Assembly (NCBI GenBank): GCA_947305775.1
Contig: CAMZEN010000003.1
Span: 24,410 to 88,409, forward strand
Direction of reading: 5' to 3'
Origin: an uncultured Verrucomicrobiota bacterium
Lineage (GTDB): Bacteria; Verrucomicrobiota; Kiritimatiellia; RFP12; UBA1067
Length of the DNA: 64,000 nt
Below are positions 52,975 to 62,046 of the stretch, piece after piece (position 1 is the first letter of the stretch; each line of letters begins with the position of its first letter). The position numbers and the translations under genes are program-made. A model generated the notes under the pieces. It searched no databases. It was not told the DNA's origin and saw only the letters and a program-made list of their open reading frames with translations.

Positions 52975-53027
52975 CCCGCGACCCCAACATTAAAAGTGTC
53001 GTGCTCTACCAACTGAGCTACAGTCCG
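52952..53027 (-). tRNA. tRNA-Lys (anticodon UUU), 76 nt with encoded CCA
   Basis: Manual cloverleaf: acceptor CGGACTG/CAGTCCG, D arm GCTC-AGTTGGTA-GAGC, anticodon arm CGACA-CTTTTAA-TGTTG, variable loop GGGTC, T arm GCGGG-TCCGATC-CCCGC, then A-CCA. Confidence 0.85.
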
Positions 53028-53049
53028 AGGTCAAATTGGGGTTATTATA

Positions 53050-55056
53050 TCATAACCGCCGCTTAAGCACAACTGCGGTGCGAGCAGGCAGATAGAGCTT
53101 GATCATCTGAACCAGTTCCGCGCCATGCTGCACAAGCTCCGGTATGTATTCGCCGCCCGCGGCAATGCGACCCTGTCCGCCAAAACGGACCTCGTCGGAA
53201 TCGAAAAGATGGTCCCATGTTGAGGCCGGAGGCACGATTATGCCGTAGTCAGAGAACGATTGCGTCGGATTGAAGTTGAACGCAAAGAACAGGTTCCCTC
53301 GCACGAACGCAAGCACCTTGTCGGGTTCGTTAGCAAGGAGCCGAATAGGATAGGTCGAGAGCGCGGTAGAATTCGCGAGAGCGTTCAGCATAACCTCATC
53401 AAAGTCGCCAAGCCCCTTGAAGCGCAGGTTGGGATCGTCCCTGAGCGACCACTGACGGCGCGCATGCGAGTATGAGTTGCCGTTGCCTTCGCGCGGGAAG
53501 TCGATCCATTCCGGATGGCCGAACTCGTTGCCCATGAAGTTGAGGTACGCACCGCCGTTGAGCGCGGCGGTCGCCAATCGCGCCATCTTGTGAAGCGCTA
53601 TGGCGCGGTTGACCTCAAGGCCATCCTGCCCCTGCGCCATTCCATAGTAGATCGCGGCATCGGCCAGCTGGAAAAAGAACGTCTTGCCGCCGACGAGCGC
53701 CTGGTCATGGCTCTCAACATAGCTTACGACCTTCTCCTCTGCGCGTTTGTTGGTGAGCTCCCAGTAGATGCCGCCCATGGGCCAGTTGTCGTCGGAAACC
53801 TTCTCTGCAAGCTTGAACCAGAAGTCCGGCTCGCCCATCGCCATGCGGTAGTCGAAACCGATGCCGCAGTCCTCTGCCGGCGCGGCGCAGCCCGGCATTC
53901 CGCTAACGTCCTCGGCGATCGTAATCGCACCAGGGTGCGACTCGTGTATGACCCGGTTCGCCATCTGAAGATACGCCCAAGCATCGTCGTCGACTGAGCC
54001 GTTGAAGTACATGCCATAGTTCGTGAATGCATCGCCAAGGCCATGATCCCAGAACAGCATTGACGTTACACCATCGAAGCGGTAGCCGTCAAAGCGGTAT
54101 TCGTCCAGCCAGAAGCGACAGTTGGAGAGCAGGAAATGCAGCACGTCGGTTTTCCCGTAGTCGAAGCAACGGCTGTCCCACGCGGCGTGCCAGCCTTTCG
54201 GACCGGAGTGGAAGTACTGGTAGTCGGTGCCGTCGAAGCGGGAAAGTCCGTCACGCTCGTTCTTGACGGCGTGGGAGTGCACGAGGTCCATGATGACCCT
54301 GAGCCCCATGCCGTGGGCGGTATCGATAAGCGACTTGAGCTCGTCAGGCGTACCGAACCTGCTGGACGCCGCAAAGAACGAACTCACGTGATAGCCGAAA
54401 CTGCCGTAATAGGGATGCTCCATTACGGCCATGAGCTGAACGGTGTTGTAGCCCGCCTTTTTTATGCGCGGCAGTATGTTGTCGCGGAACTCCGTGTAGC
54501 TTGCGACCTTCTCCTCCTCGCTAGCCATGCCGACATGCCCTTCGTAGATGAACGGCGTGAACCCCTTCTCGGGTTTGCCAGGCGATGGATTCTGCCACTT
54601 GTATGGATGCTCAGGGGCCCACACCTTGGCGCAGAAGAGGTTTGTCTTAGGGTCTTGAACCACGCGACGCGCATATGCAGGGATACGTTCGCCGTGTCCG
54701 CCATCCCAACGCATCTCCAACCTGTAGTTGTCGCCGTGATGTATCAGGTCCTTTGCGACCTTGCATTCCCACACATCAGTATTCGGCACGCGAAAGCACT
54801 CGAACCGAGGATCTATCTGCCACTTCGAAAAATCTCCCACAAGCCACATGCTAGTCGCGTTGGGAGCCCATTCGCGAAAAGTCCAGCCGCTACGCGGCTT
54901 TTTGTGGAGTCCATAATATTCATGCGCGCTCGCCCAGTCGGCCAACGAGCTCTTGCCCTGTGTGAGCTCCATCGCACGTGCGTAGGCATGTTCGGAACGT
55001 CCGCGAACAGCCGCTTCGAATGGCTTGAGATATTCGTCGTCAAGTAGATGTGACAT
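53050..55056 (-). CDS. glgB: 1,4-alpha-glucan branching enzyme (GH13, about 670-aa type)
   Basis: Motifs GYRFDGVTSMLF, GNEFGHPEW, ESHDQALVGGKT. SD aaaggaga upstream of ATG 55056. Confidence 0.85.
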   Translation of the reverse strand: MSHLLDDEYLKPFEAAVRGRSEHAYARAMELTQGKSSLADWASAHEYYGLHKKPRSGWTFREWAPNATSMWLVGDFSKWQIDPRFECFRVPNTDVWECKVAKDLIHHGDNYRLEMRWDGGHGERIPAYARRVVQDPKTNLFCAKVWAPEHPYKWQNPSPGKPEKGFTPFIYEGHVGMASEEEKVASYTEFRDNILPRIKKAGYNTVQLMAVMEHPYYGSFGYHVSSFFAASSRFGTPDELKSLIDTAHGMGLRVIMDLVHSHAVKNERDGLSRFDGTDYQYFHSGPKGWHAAWDSRCFDYGKTDVLHFLLSNCRFWLDEYRFDGYRFDGVTSMLFWDHGLGDAFTNYGMYFNGSVDDDAWAYLQMANRVIHESHPGAITIAEDVSGMPGCAAPAEDCGIGFDYRMAMGEPDFWFKLAEKVSDDNWPMGGIYWELTNKRAEEKVVSYVESHDQALVGGKTFFFQLADAAIYYGMAQGQDGLEVNRAIALHKMARLATAALNGGAYLNFMGNEFGHPEWIDFPREGNGNSYSHARRQWSLRDDPNLRFKGLGDFDEVMLNALANSTALSTYPIRLLANEPDKVLAFVRGNLFFAFNFNPTQSFSDYGIIVPPASTWDHLFDSDEVRFGGQGRIAAGGEYIPELVQHGAELVQMIKLYLPARTAVVLKRRL

Positions 55057-55186
55057 GGATAATCTCCTTTGCAGTTGCTGCTTTAAAGTTTTGGTATTGC
55101 ATATTATACATAATCCTCTTATTTGAGGTCAAGGCTTACGCGGCAATAATTTATTATTATTATTGAATGCAGAGCCAAAAGAGTTT

Positions 55187-55229
55187 TCAAAAAGGCAGGG
55201 AGCGGTCCATGGACCACTCCCTGCCTTTT
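55187..55229 (-). terminator. Rho-independent terminator of the HU gene
   Basis: Stem GGCAGGGAG/CTCCCTGCC (55194-55202 / 55217-55225), followed on the minus strand by a T-run. Confidence 0.65.
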
Positions 55230-55254
55230 GCGCCTTTGCTGGCGAATCTTTCCG

Positions 55255-55554
55255 TTAGGAGAGGACTGCGTCCTTGGCAGCCTTGGCGACGCGGAATTTA
55301 ACCTTCGTGCGGGCGGGAATCTTGATGGTCTCGCCGGTGGCGGGATTGCGGCCAGTGCGGGCTTTGCTCTTTGCCTTGATGAGCTTGCCGAGACCGGGGA
55401 TGAGGATGCCCTTCGGGGTCTTGGCGCCAGCATAGGCAATCTCGAGGAGCTTGTCGTATGCAGCTGCGGCCTGCTTCTTGGAGATTTCGGCAGCATCCGC
55501 GATGGCGGCCATGATCGCCGACTTAGTGGTAGGAACCTGGACTTTCTTAGCCAT
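55255..55554 (-). CDS. hup: HU/IHF-family DNA-binding protein (99 aa)
   Basis: ..GLGKLIKAKSKARTGRNPATGETIKIPARTKVKF.. Start at MAKKV (55554); the upstream extension in the track ORF was rejected. Confidence 0.85.
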   Translation of the reverse strand: MAKKVQVPTTKSAIMAAIADAAEISKKQAAAAYDKLLEIAYAGAKTPKGILIPGLGKLIKAKSKARTGRNPATGETIKIPARTKVKFRVAKAAKDAVLS

Positions 55555-55871
55555 TGTTTTTGATCCTTTAGTTTGACCCGCAGGAACCATTCCCGCGTGT
55601 TCATTGCGTAATTTACCAAGTTTTTCGGTACAATGCAAGGGGGTATGCAAAAAAAGTTCAATAAAATCAAGCACAAGGAATGCTCAACATTAATGACACC
55701 CTTGATTTTATTGGGTGAAACGCGCTTTGCCTTGTGCAAATTATTTTTTAGAATTGTTGTGCAAAAACACTCGCTACACAACCTGTAGTGTCTACCGCGC
55801 CCGAAAACGGGCATCCGCACCCCATTATGTTGATTTGCGCGAACTGCGTTCGCACAACATGTTGACGTCCG

Positions 55872-56483
55872 TCACATGTTGTTCACGATACCTATTTCGA
55901 CCTGGTTGAGGCTCTTCGAAATGTTGGCTATCATGTCGTATGACTGATCGCGTTTGCTAGTCGCCGATTGAAGCTCGATCATGGTCTGCTGATTGAGAGA
56001 ATTGCGCTTGTCCATCGACTTCTCGATTGCGTTTATAAGATCCTTGCTGTCGGCGTTGGCGGTGGACGAGAGCAAAGATTCGATTTCGCTTTCGGTCATT
56101 CCATCCGCCACAAACATCGCCGTAAGGAAAGTTCTGTAGGTCTGATTCTCTCCGTTGTATGTGATTTCCTTCGTATCCAGATTTACCGACTCACCCTTCC
56201 TGGCATCCTTGGTGACGACCTCCGTCTCTATCTCCGTCAGTGCCTGCAGCTCGCTTGACGTCACATTGAGGGCTTGCATCGTGTCAATGATCTCCTTCTC
56301 CTTCGCCACGGCCCTCTCAAGGCAGATCGCCATAACCAGCTGCGCGATGGAAAGGTTGCGAAGCGTGGTTGTGGTCACGCCATCGGCGTCGGTCACTGTG
56401 ACGTTGTACGTACGCGCAGTGAGATACGCGCCGGTGTCAACATCCGTCATCGAAAGATCGAACTCTACAGTCTCTATGCCCAT
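55872..56483 (-). CDS. Coiled-coil protein (203 aa), EspA/SseB-like T3SS filament resemblance; paralogue of 56505..57014
   Basis: Shared helix L[ST][IL][AG]QLV[MI]A[IV]CL and a C-terminal heptad segment ..RNSLNQQTMIELQSATSKRDQSYDMIANISKSL.. Confidence 0.35.
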   Translation of the reverse strand: MGIETVEFDLSMTDVDTGAYLTARTYNVTVTDADGVTTTTLRNLSIAQLVMAICLERAVAKEKEIIDTMQALNVTSSELQALTEIETEVVTKDARKGESVNLDTKEITYNGENQTYRTFLTAMFVADGMTESEIESLLSSTANADSKDLINAIEKSMDKRNSLNQQTMIELQSATSKRDQSYDMIANISKSLNQVEIGIVNNM

Positions 56484-56504
56484 TGCTGTTTACTCCAAAT
56501 AATT

Positions 56505-57014
56505 CTAGATCTTTGAAGCCATGTTGCTCATCGAGCGCCCTAGTGCTCGCACGATGTTGGCTGAGCTTGTATATGAAACGTCGCGGCGACTGACATATGA
56601 CTGCATGGCAACCATATCCTGTTGCTGCACCTGCATAAGAGCGTTAAGCTTCGTTGTTGCCGCAGTCGCGGCCTTAAGCCTGTTGTCGTAGGTCTTAAGA
56701 TCGCTCGGAAGCTCCGACTCGGAAAGACCAAGCGTGCCTATGAGATACGCTTTAGCGCGCGACCAGCTTACTGAGCCATCGAGTATCTTCTGGATCCATT
56801 CCGTGGACTTCTCGAGAAGCTCGGCGCTCTTCGTCATGGTGTTCATCTTGTTCACGCTCTGAGCCTCGTACGACATAGCCGCACGAAGGCAGACCGCAAT
56901 CACAAGCTGGCCAAGCGTAAGACCGCTCGCCGTGTCAGTCGAATACAGACAGATTTCCCCAGAGCCTACCGGGGCATACCTGTTTGTTCCAATTACTTCA
57001 GCTTCAATAGACAT
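56505..57014 (-). CDS. Coiled-coil protein (169 aa), paralogue of 55872..56483
   Basis: ..LTLGQLVIAVCLRAA.. and ..LNALMQVQQQDMVAMQSYVSRRDVSYTSSANIVRAL.. Confidence 0.35.
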   Translation of the reverse strand: MSIEAEVIGTNRYAPVGSGEICLYSTDTASGLTLGQLVIAVCLRAAMSYEAQSVNKMNTMTKSAELLEKSTEWIQKILDGSVSWSRAKAYLIGTLGLSESELPSDLKTYDNRLKAATAATTKLNALMQVQQQDMVAMQSYVSRRDVSYTSSANIVRALGRSMSNMASKI

Positions 57015-57041
57015 GTCTAATACCTAAATAAAGTACAATAA

Positions 57042-57050
57042 TATTGTACC
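57042..57050 (-). promoter_or_regulatory. Extended -10 TGGTACAAT promoter for 56505..57014
   Basis: The plus strand reads attgtacca, inside the palindrome GTACAATAATATTGTAC (57033-57049), about 28 nt upstream of the ATG. Confidence 0.4.
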
Positions 57051-57068
57051 ATATTTTCTTACATGTGG

Positions 57069-57869
57069 CTAGAGGCCGCGATCTGGCGGCGAGCCGGGCG
57101 GCGGACCAGGCGGCGGACCACCCCTCATGCCGGACGAACCATCTGTCGCTTCAATGATGTCATTTATAGTCGCCGCGAACTCTTCGGCATCTTCGCCGGA
57201 AAGTCCGAGAGCTTCCGCCGTCTGAGCAAACAGGTTGTCTCGCTCTGCACGACTGAGTCCACGCATCTCATGCTCGCTTTGCCTCATATCCTCGAAAAGC
57301 TCATTGCGTTCCTCATCTGACAGATCCGGGTTGTGCAAGCGATCCTCCAGTTCGTCGCGATGCGCTATGAGATCTTGAAGAGCGGTATGAATGTTTCTCG
57401 CCGACTCGCCCATCGTGGATGTATCTACAGAAGAAAGGAAATCTATCTTCATGGCCGCGCGCTCACGACGACGATTCCGCATCTGCGCAAAGTGGTTCGT
57501 CATCTGCGCAAAGCGCTGCGGATCCTCCTTTTCGAAACGGGCCATGCGCTCACGTATCTCGGCCGAGGTCGGCGGACCACGCCTGTCAACGACCACCGCT
57601 TCGCCGTCCGTTGGCTCCGTCTTGCTCTCCGTCTTGCTCTCGGTCGTCACGGCCTCGTCGCCGCGCGCAGCCAGTTGGCTTTCCAGCTCTGCTATACGTG
57701 CACGCAGCGCAGCCAGACTGGCTTCGCTGCCCTTGTCGGAGAACAGTTCCGCAACGGCAGAATTCTGCCGTTCCTCATGACTGAGCTCCTCCGCATCGGG
57801 CCTGACGAAATACCCTATCGCAACGCCTGAAAGCAAAGCGGCGGCAATGAAAAGTTGAGTCTTTACCAT
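57069..57869 (-). CDS. Membrane-anchored coiled-coil protein with Pro-rich C-terminus (266 aa), unknown
   Basis: N-terminal TM LFIAAALLSGVAIGYFV. C-terminus GGPPPGPPPGSPP. Confidence 0.5.
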   Translation of the reverse strand: MVKTQLFIAAALLSGVAIGYFVRPDAEELSHEERQNSAVAELFSDKGSEASLAALRARIAELESQLAARGDEAVTTESKTESKTEPTDGEAVVVDRRGPPTSAEIRERMARFEKEDPQRFAQMTNHFAQMRNRRRERAAMKIDFLSSVDTSTMGESARNIHTALQDLIAHRDELEDRLHNPDLSDEERNELFEDMRQSEHEMRGLSRAERDNLFAQTAEALGLSGEDAEEFAATINDIIEATDGSSGMRGGPPPGPPPGSPPDRGL

Positions 57870-57875
57870 GGCACA

Positions 57876-58439
57876 TTAACCTCCTATTATCTTCTTCGCC
57901 TCCGCAAGCGCAACGCCGCGATGCGAAATCGCGTTCTTTTCCGCTTCGGAAAGCTCCGCAAACGAACAGTGGCATCCGTCAGGATGGAACAGCGGATCGT
58001 ATCCGAATCCAGCAAAGCCGCTCGGCGCGGCGGCGATACTGCCGTAGCACCGTCCCGTCACAACATGTTCCGTGCCGTCCGGCGCGACGAGAGCGATTGC
58101 GCACGTGAAGTTCGCCCTACGGTCGGCGACGCCGGCAAGGTTCTTCAGAAGAAGCGCGTTGTTAGCGGCCGTATCCGAAGGCTCGCCTGCATAGCGCGCA
58201 CTCTTCACACCGGGCGCACCGCCAAGCGCGGCTACCTCGAGCCCCGAATCGTCGGCCATGCACCAGCTGCCGACATGCCGCGAGGCAATGGCGCGAACCT
58301 TTATGAGAGCGTTACCGGCAAAGTCTGTCGCGTCCTCAACAACGCCGACGGGATCATCCGGCACAATTTCGAAGGTCGGCAATATCTGTGATATCTCACG
58401 CAGCTTATGCGCATTGTGCGTAGCTACAAAAAGCTTCAT
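57876..58439 (-). CDS. rdgB: Non-canonical purine NTP pyrophosphatase (RdgB/HAM1)
   Basis: Motifs ATHNAHKLREI, ADDSGLEV, GAPGVKSARYAG, FGYDPLF, SHRG. Confidence 0.9.
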   Translation of the reverse strand: MKLFVATHNAHKLREISQILPTFEIVPDDPVGVVEDATDFAGNALIKVRAIASRHVGSWCMADDSGLEVAALGGAPGVKSARYAGEPSDTAANNALLLKNLAGVADRRANFTCAIALVAPDGTEHVVTGRCYGSIAAAPSGFAGFGYDPLFHPDGCHCSFAELSEAEKNAISHRGVALAEAKKIIGG

Positions 58440-58930
58440 TGCTGCGGAATCCTTCCCGCATCACGCAGGATGTCGTAGAATCCATCGACCCCTTTGTGAT
58501 GCCAACCATCAAGCACGATTCTTGTTCCGTCGCCAGTCAAAAGGCGCAGTATGCCCTTCTTGCCCCACTGCGATGCGTCAACCTTTGAAATGTCCGCAAT
58601 CGCATAGCGACGACCATGATAGGAGAATCCTCGCTCGCGGTACGTAAACCGGAAGCGCGACGCCCGCCATACGCCAAAGCCGACAATCGCCGCCCCGATG
58701 ATGCAAAGCGCCATGAACTGCTTCTGGCGCGGGATGGCGTTCGCGTAGACCTTCTCCGCCGCTTCACGGGACGCCGGAGGCTGGTGCTCTATTTGCTCGT
58801 AGAGCGCTTCAGGTGTCATCGAAGGATATGCCACATAGCCATCGTAGGCGAACCACGCGCCCATGCCCGTGAGCAGTACAGCCACGAAAAGATGCCGTAT
58901 GGCGAACTCTCTGTTGAGTTTCAGTTTCAT
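58436..58930 (-). CDS. Two-TM membrane protein (164 aa), unknown
   Basis: The start at MKLKLN (58930) avoids overlap with the divergent mtaB-like gene. ATGA overlap with rdgB. Confidence 0.5.
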   Translation of the reverse strand: MKLKLNREFAIRHLFVAVLLTGMGAWFAYDGYVAYPSMTPEALYEQIEHQPPASREAAEKVYANAIPRQKQFMALCIIGAAIVGFGVWRASRFRFTYRERGFSYHGRRYAIADISKVDASQWGKKGILRLLTGDGTRIVLDGWHHKGVDGFYDILRDAGRIPQQ

Positions 58931-58937
58931 TGGTTGT

Positions 58938-58946
58938 ATTATACCA
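58938..58946 (-). promoter_or_regulatory. Extended -10 TGGTATAAT, 7 nt upstream of ATG 58930 (possible leaderless mRNA)
   Basis: The plus strand reads attatacca. Confidence 0.4.
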
Positions 58947-58964
58947 AAAATCCACAGCGGACTT

Positions 58965-58973
58965 TGGTATAAT
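58965..58973 (+). promoter_or_regulatory. Extended -10 TGGTATAAT for the mtaB-like gene
   Basis: Lies 14 nt upstream of ATG 58988. Confidence 0.4.
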
Positions 58974-58987
58974 ATGCACTCAAAAAT

Positions 58988-60205
58988 ATGAACATATGCT
59001 TCGACACATTTGGTTGCAGGCTCAACAGGGCCGAGGCGCTCGATGACGAGGCTCGCAGCCTGGCAAAAGGACATCGCGTCGTAGACTCGCACGCGGAGGC
59101 CGACCTTATCGTTCTGCGCGGGTGTTCGGTAACCGCCCGCGCCCAGCATGACTGCGAACGTCTGATTGCGCATCTGCGCGAGAAATATCCATCAAAACGG
59201 GTATTCATCACTGGCTGTCTCCCAAATGCGAAGAAGCTGGATATTTCATTCTTGCCAAAACCAGGCAGGGACAGTCCCTCTACCGTCTCCGTCCCTACCC
59301 GCACAGCCCGTGCGTACCTAAAGGTTCAGGATGGATGTTCATGCGGATGCACATTCTGCATAGTACCTAAGTTCCGAGGCGATCCTACATCCGTACCGCT
59401 AGGCGATGTCCTCGACAAGGCAAAGCGCTTCGTGGACGCTGGCTACAAAGAAATCGTTGTTACAGGCTGCAACCTCATGCTCTATTCTTCTGGCGGGCAC
59501 CACCTGCCGGAACTTATTGCCGCGCTTGCCGAAGTTTCGCCCGACTGCCGCGTGCGGCTAGGGTCGGTAGAACCAGGCCCTGTAGCCGTTGAGCTAGTTC
59601 ACGCCATGGCAGAGCGCAATAACATATGCCGATTCCTGCACCTGTCGGTGCAGTCCGGCAGCAATCGCATCCTAAGCGCTATGCGCCGTCCTTACTCAGT
59701 CAAGGACGTGGACTCAGTTGCCGACGAAGCAACCAGGCTTATGCCTCTCATTGGCCTTGGCTGCGACCTCATCGCCGGCTTCCCCGACGAAACCGAGACC
59801 GACTTCAGGCTGACCAAGGGCCTTCTCGCAAGGCATGTCTTTTCCAACGTGCACGCATTCCCGTTCTCCGAGCGCCCAGGCACAATTGCCGCAGCAATCA
59901 TCCAAGGCAAAGTTTCCAAGGAGCTACGGCGATCGAGGGCTTTGGAGCTCGCAGCAATAGGGAATGAGGCAAGACGGAAGTTGGCGCAACGCTTCATCGG
60001 CAGGACAGTGGAAGTTGTCGTCGAAAGCGACAAACACGTCTCCGGCTGGACCAGCGAATACTTGTGGCTCGAAGCCAATCATGATTCAAACAGTCCAGCG
60101 GGCAGCCTGACAAAAAGCTCCATGCGAAAGCAATTGGTCAAGTTCAAGGTACGCTCCGCCCACGACGGAGTGCTTTACGGGGAACCTTGCCGCAATGTCG
60201 GGTGA
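58988..60205 (+). CDS. Radical-SAM methylthiotransferase, MiaB/MtaB family
   Basis: N-terminal UPF0004-type Cys residues (FGCRLN..RGCSV..TGC) and the radical SAM motif CSCGCTFC. Confidence 0.8.
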   Translation: MNICFDTFGCRLNRAEALDDEARSLAKGHRVVDSHAEADLIVLRGCSVTARAQHDCERLIAHLREKYPSKRVFITGCLPNAKKLDISFLPKPGRDSPSTVSVPTRTARAYLKVQDGCSCGCTFCIVPKFRGDPTSVPLGDVLDKAKRFVDAGYKEIVVTGCNLMLYSSGGHHLPELIAALAEVSPDCRVRLGSVEPGPVAVELVHAMAERNNICRFLHLSVQSGSNRILSAMRRPYSVKDVDSVADEATRLMPLIGLGCDLIAGFPDETETDFRLTKGLLARHVFSNVHAFPFSERPGTIAAAIIQGKVSKELRRSRALELAAIGNEARRKLAQRFIGRTVEVVVESDKHVSGWTSEYLWLEANHDSNSPAGSLTKSSMRKQLVKFKVRSAHDGVLYGEPCRNVG

Positions 60206-60887
60206 GACGATACGCGCCGAGGCTATTTGCCTGGCGATAAGACCCTGGTCGCAAACAAGCCACATAGTATCATGGCTTACGCGCGCCGGACGCGTTTCCA
60301 CGGCGGTAAAGGGAGCAGTGCGGCCGAAGAGCGCATTCCTTGGACAATACGACGTGAACTACACGTGCGAAATCCTATATTACGCGCGCGCACGAGGGGA
60401 TATGCACGCGTTGCGGGAGTGCTCGCCAATTGTGCGACGCGACCGGCTGAGAGACGATTACAGGGCACTCGCCATCGCGGACTACTTCCGCAACACGGTC
60501 GGCAAGCTGGCTCCGACCGGACCGGAGGCTTCGGAATGGATGGATGTGCTCGGGTGCGCGCTGAGCACTCTTGAGGCGCGGCAGGATTCGTCTGCCTCAG
60601 ACTCCATCAGGCGCATGCTTGACTTTGAAATGCGCGTTCTTGAGCTTTCCGGTCTCTCGCCAGACATTTCAGACGACGCTGATGACAAGGCTTTTCAGCT
60701 ACGTGGCGAACGTCGCATACCAGTGACAAAAGAGATAATCAACTGCATCCAAAATCCGCTGCGCGAAAAAAATCCAAAAATTCTACTAGACGCGGCAAGG
60801 GTAATTGGTGTATTCTATGCATTCCACTTGGACTGTGCCTCCGATGTGCGGAGGACGGTCATGAGGATGATTTGCAACAACAACTAA
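60195..60887 (+). CDS. recO: DNA repair protein RecO
   Basis: N-terminal OB pattern AICLAIRPWSQTSHIVSWLTRAGRVSTAVKG; size 230 aa. Confidence 0.7.
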   Translation: MSGETIRAEAICLAIRPWSQTSHIVSWLTRAGRVSTAVKGAVRPKSAFLGQYDVNYTCEILYYARARGDMHALRECSPIVRRDRLRDDYRALAIADYFRNTVGKLAPTGPEASEWMDVLGCALSTLEARQDSSASDSIRRMLDFEMRVLELSGLSPDISDDADDKAFQLRGERRIPVTKEIINCIQNPLREKNPKILLDAARVIGVFYAFHLDCASDVRRTVMRMICNNN

Positions 60888-60903
60888 AAAGGATGGAAAC
60901 ATA

Positions 60904-62013
60904 ATGAAGAAGTTATACATGGCCGGCGCGGCAGTTCTCGCCGGTGCGATCATAGCGGGCTGCGGCAAGCAGGATACCGCACAGACCGATAGCAGCGGGC
61001 GCGATCCGAACGAGGTCGTCATAGAGGTCTGCGGCGAGAAGCTCACCAACGGCGAGCTTGACGGCGACGTGGACAAGATCGTCTCCGCCCAGGGCGACAA
61101 GCTTCCGGCGGACCAGGTCGAATACACGCGCCAGATGCTGCGCAACCAGATGGCGCAATCGTTTGTCGTCGAGAAGGCGCTCGTGGCAAAGGCCAAGGAG
61201 GATGGCTACGTAGTCACTGACGATGACCGCAATGAGAAGTCGGCAGAACTTATGAAGTCGCTTGCAGGTCGGCCGGACGCGCCAAAATCGTTCAACGAAT
61301 TCCTCAGCAAGTTCCCGCTCGGCAAAGACCGCGCCCGCATGGAGTTCGAGAACGGAATCCTGATAGACAAGATGATAAAGTCCGAGACAGCGAAGATGCC
61401 TGGCGTCGACTATACGGCAAAGGCCCAGGGCATCATCGCAAACATCGTATCGAACAACAATGCGCAGGCAAGCTCTGAGGCAGAGGCCCTCGCGAAAATT
61501 ACTTCGCTCAAGGCCGAGCTGTCCGTCCCGGATCTGGACGTTGCGGCAAAGTTTGCCGAGCTCGCAAAGGCCAACAGCGATTGCCCCTCCTCAGCCAAGG
61601 GCGGAGACCTCGGTGAATTCACGCACGGCCAGATGGTGCCTGAGTTCGACAAGGCGGCGTTCGAGCTTCCAATCGGACAGGTTTCCGCTCCGGTCAAGAC
61701 CCAGTTCGGATACCATCTGATCCTTGTGACCGGCAAGACTCCTGCCGTGGAAGCGACGGATAGCACCCCTGCCGCACCAGAAAAGGTAAGGGCCAGCCAC
61801 ATCCTGATCAAGGCTGGCGCCTCGCAGCCCGTCCCGTCGGTCGAGGAGGTAGTCGAATACTTCAAGAAGCGCGACGACCGCAACAATGCCCAAAACTTCA
61901 TACTGGAAGTATTGCGCAAGAGCGACATCAAGACCTCCGACGAGTTCAAGGACCTTCTTCCCCCTCCAGAAGAAGGCGCCCAGCCTGCGGTTGAAACGTC
62001 GGCCGAAAAATGA
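60904..62013 (+). CDS. Parvulin-type peptidyl-prolyl isomerase lipoprotein (PrsA/SurA-like)
   Basis: Lipobox IIAG-C. PPIase core ..SAKGGDLGEFTHGQMVPEFDKAAF..TQFGYHLILV. Confidence 0.8.
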   Translation: MKKLYMAGAAVLAGAIIAGCGKQDTAQTDSSGRDPNEVVIEVCGEKLTNGELDGDVDKIVSAQGDKLPADQVEYTRQMLRNQMAQSFVVEKALVAKAKEDGYVVTDDDRNEKSAELMKSLAGRPDAPKSFNEFLSKFPLGKDRARMEFENGILIDKMIKSETAKMPGVDYTAKAQGIIANIVSNNNAQASSEAEALAKITSLKAELSVPDLDVAAKFAELAKANSDCPSSAKGGDLGEFTHGQMVPEFDKAAFELPIGQVSAPVKTQFGYHLILVTGKTPAVEATDSTPAAPEKVRASHILIKAGASQPVPSVEEVVEYFKKRDDRNNAQNFILEVLRKSDIKTSDEFKDLLPPPEEGAQPAVETSAEK

Positions 62014-62046
62014 TATACTATAATCTTTGAAAGGACAAAAAAGAAA

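Noticed and set aside
54136-55047. 303-aa plus-strand ORF inside glgB
   Set aside because: It is antisense to a branching enzyme with unambiguous GH13 motifs and has no independent support.
55145-55164. Short (AAT)2(TTA)4 microsatellite between glgB and the HU terminator
   Set aside because: Only about 20 nt in an AT-rich intergenic spacer. No evidence of function or phase-variation context.
58931-59173. Upstream 81 codons of track ORF 58436..59173
   Set aside because: This part would overlap the divergent mtaB-like gene by 186 nt. ATG 58930 follows a TGGTATAAT box and gives a sensible membrane protein.
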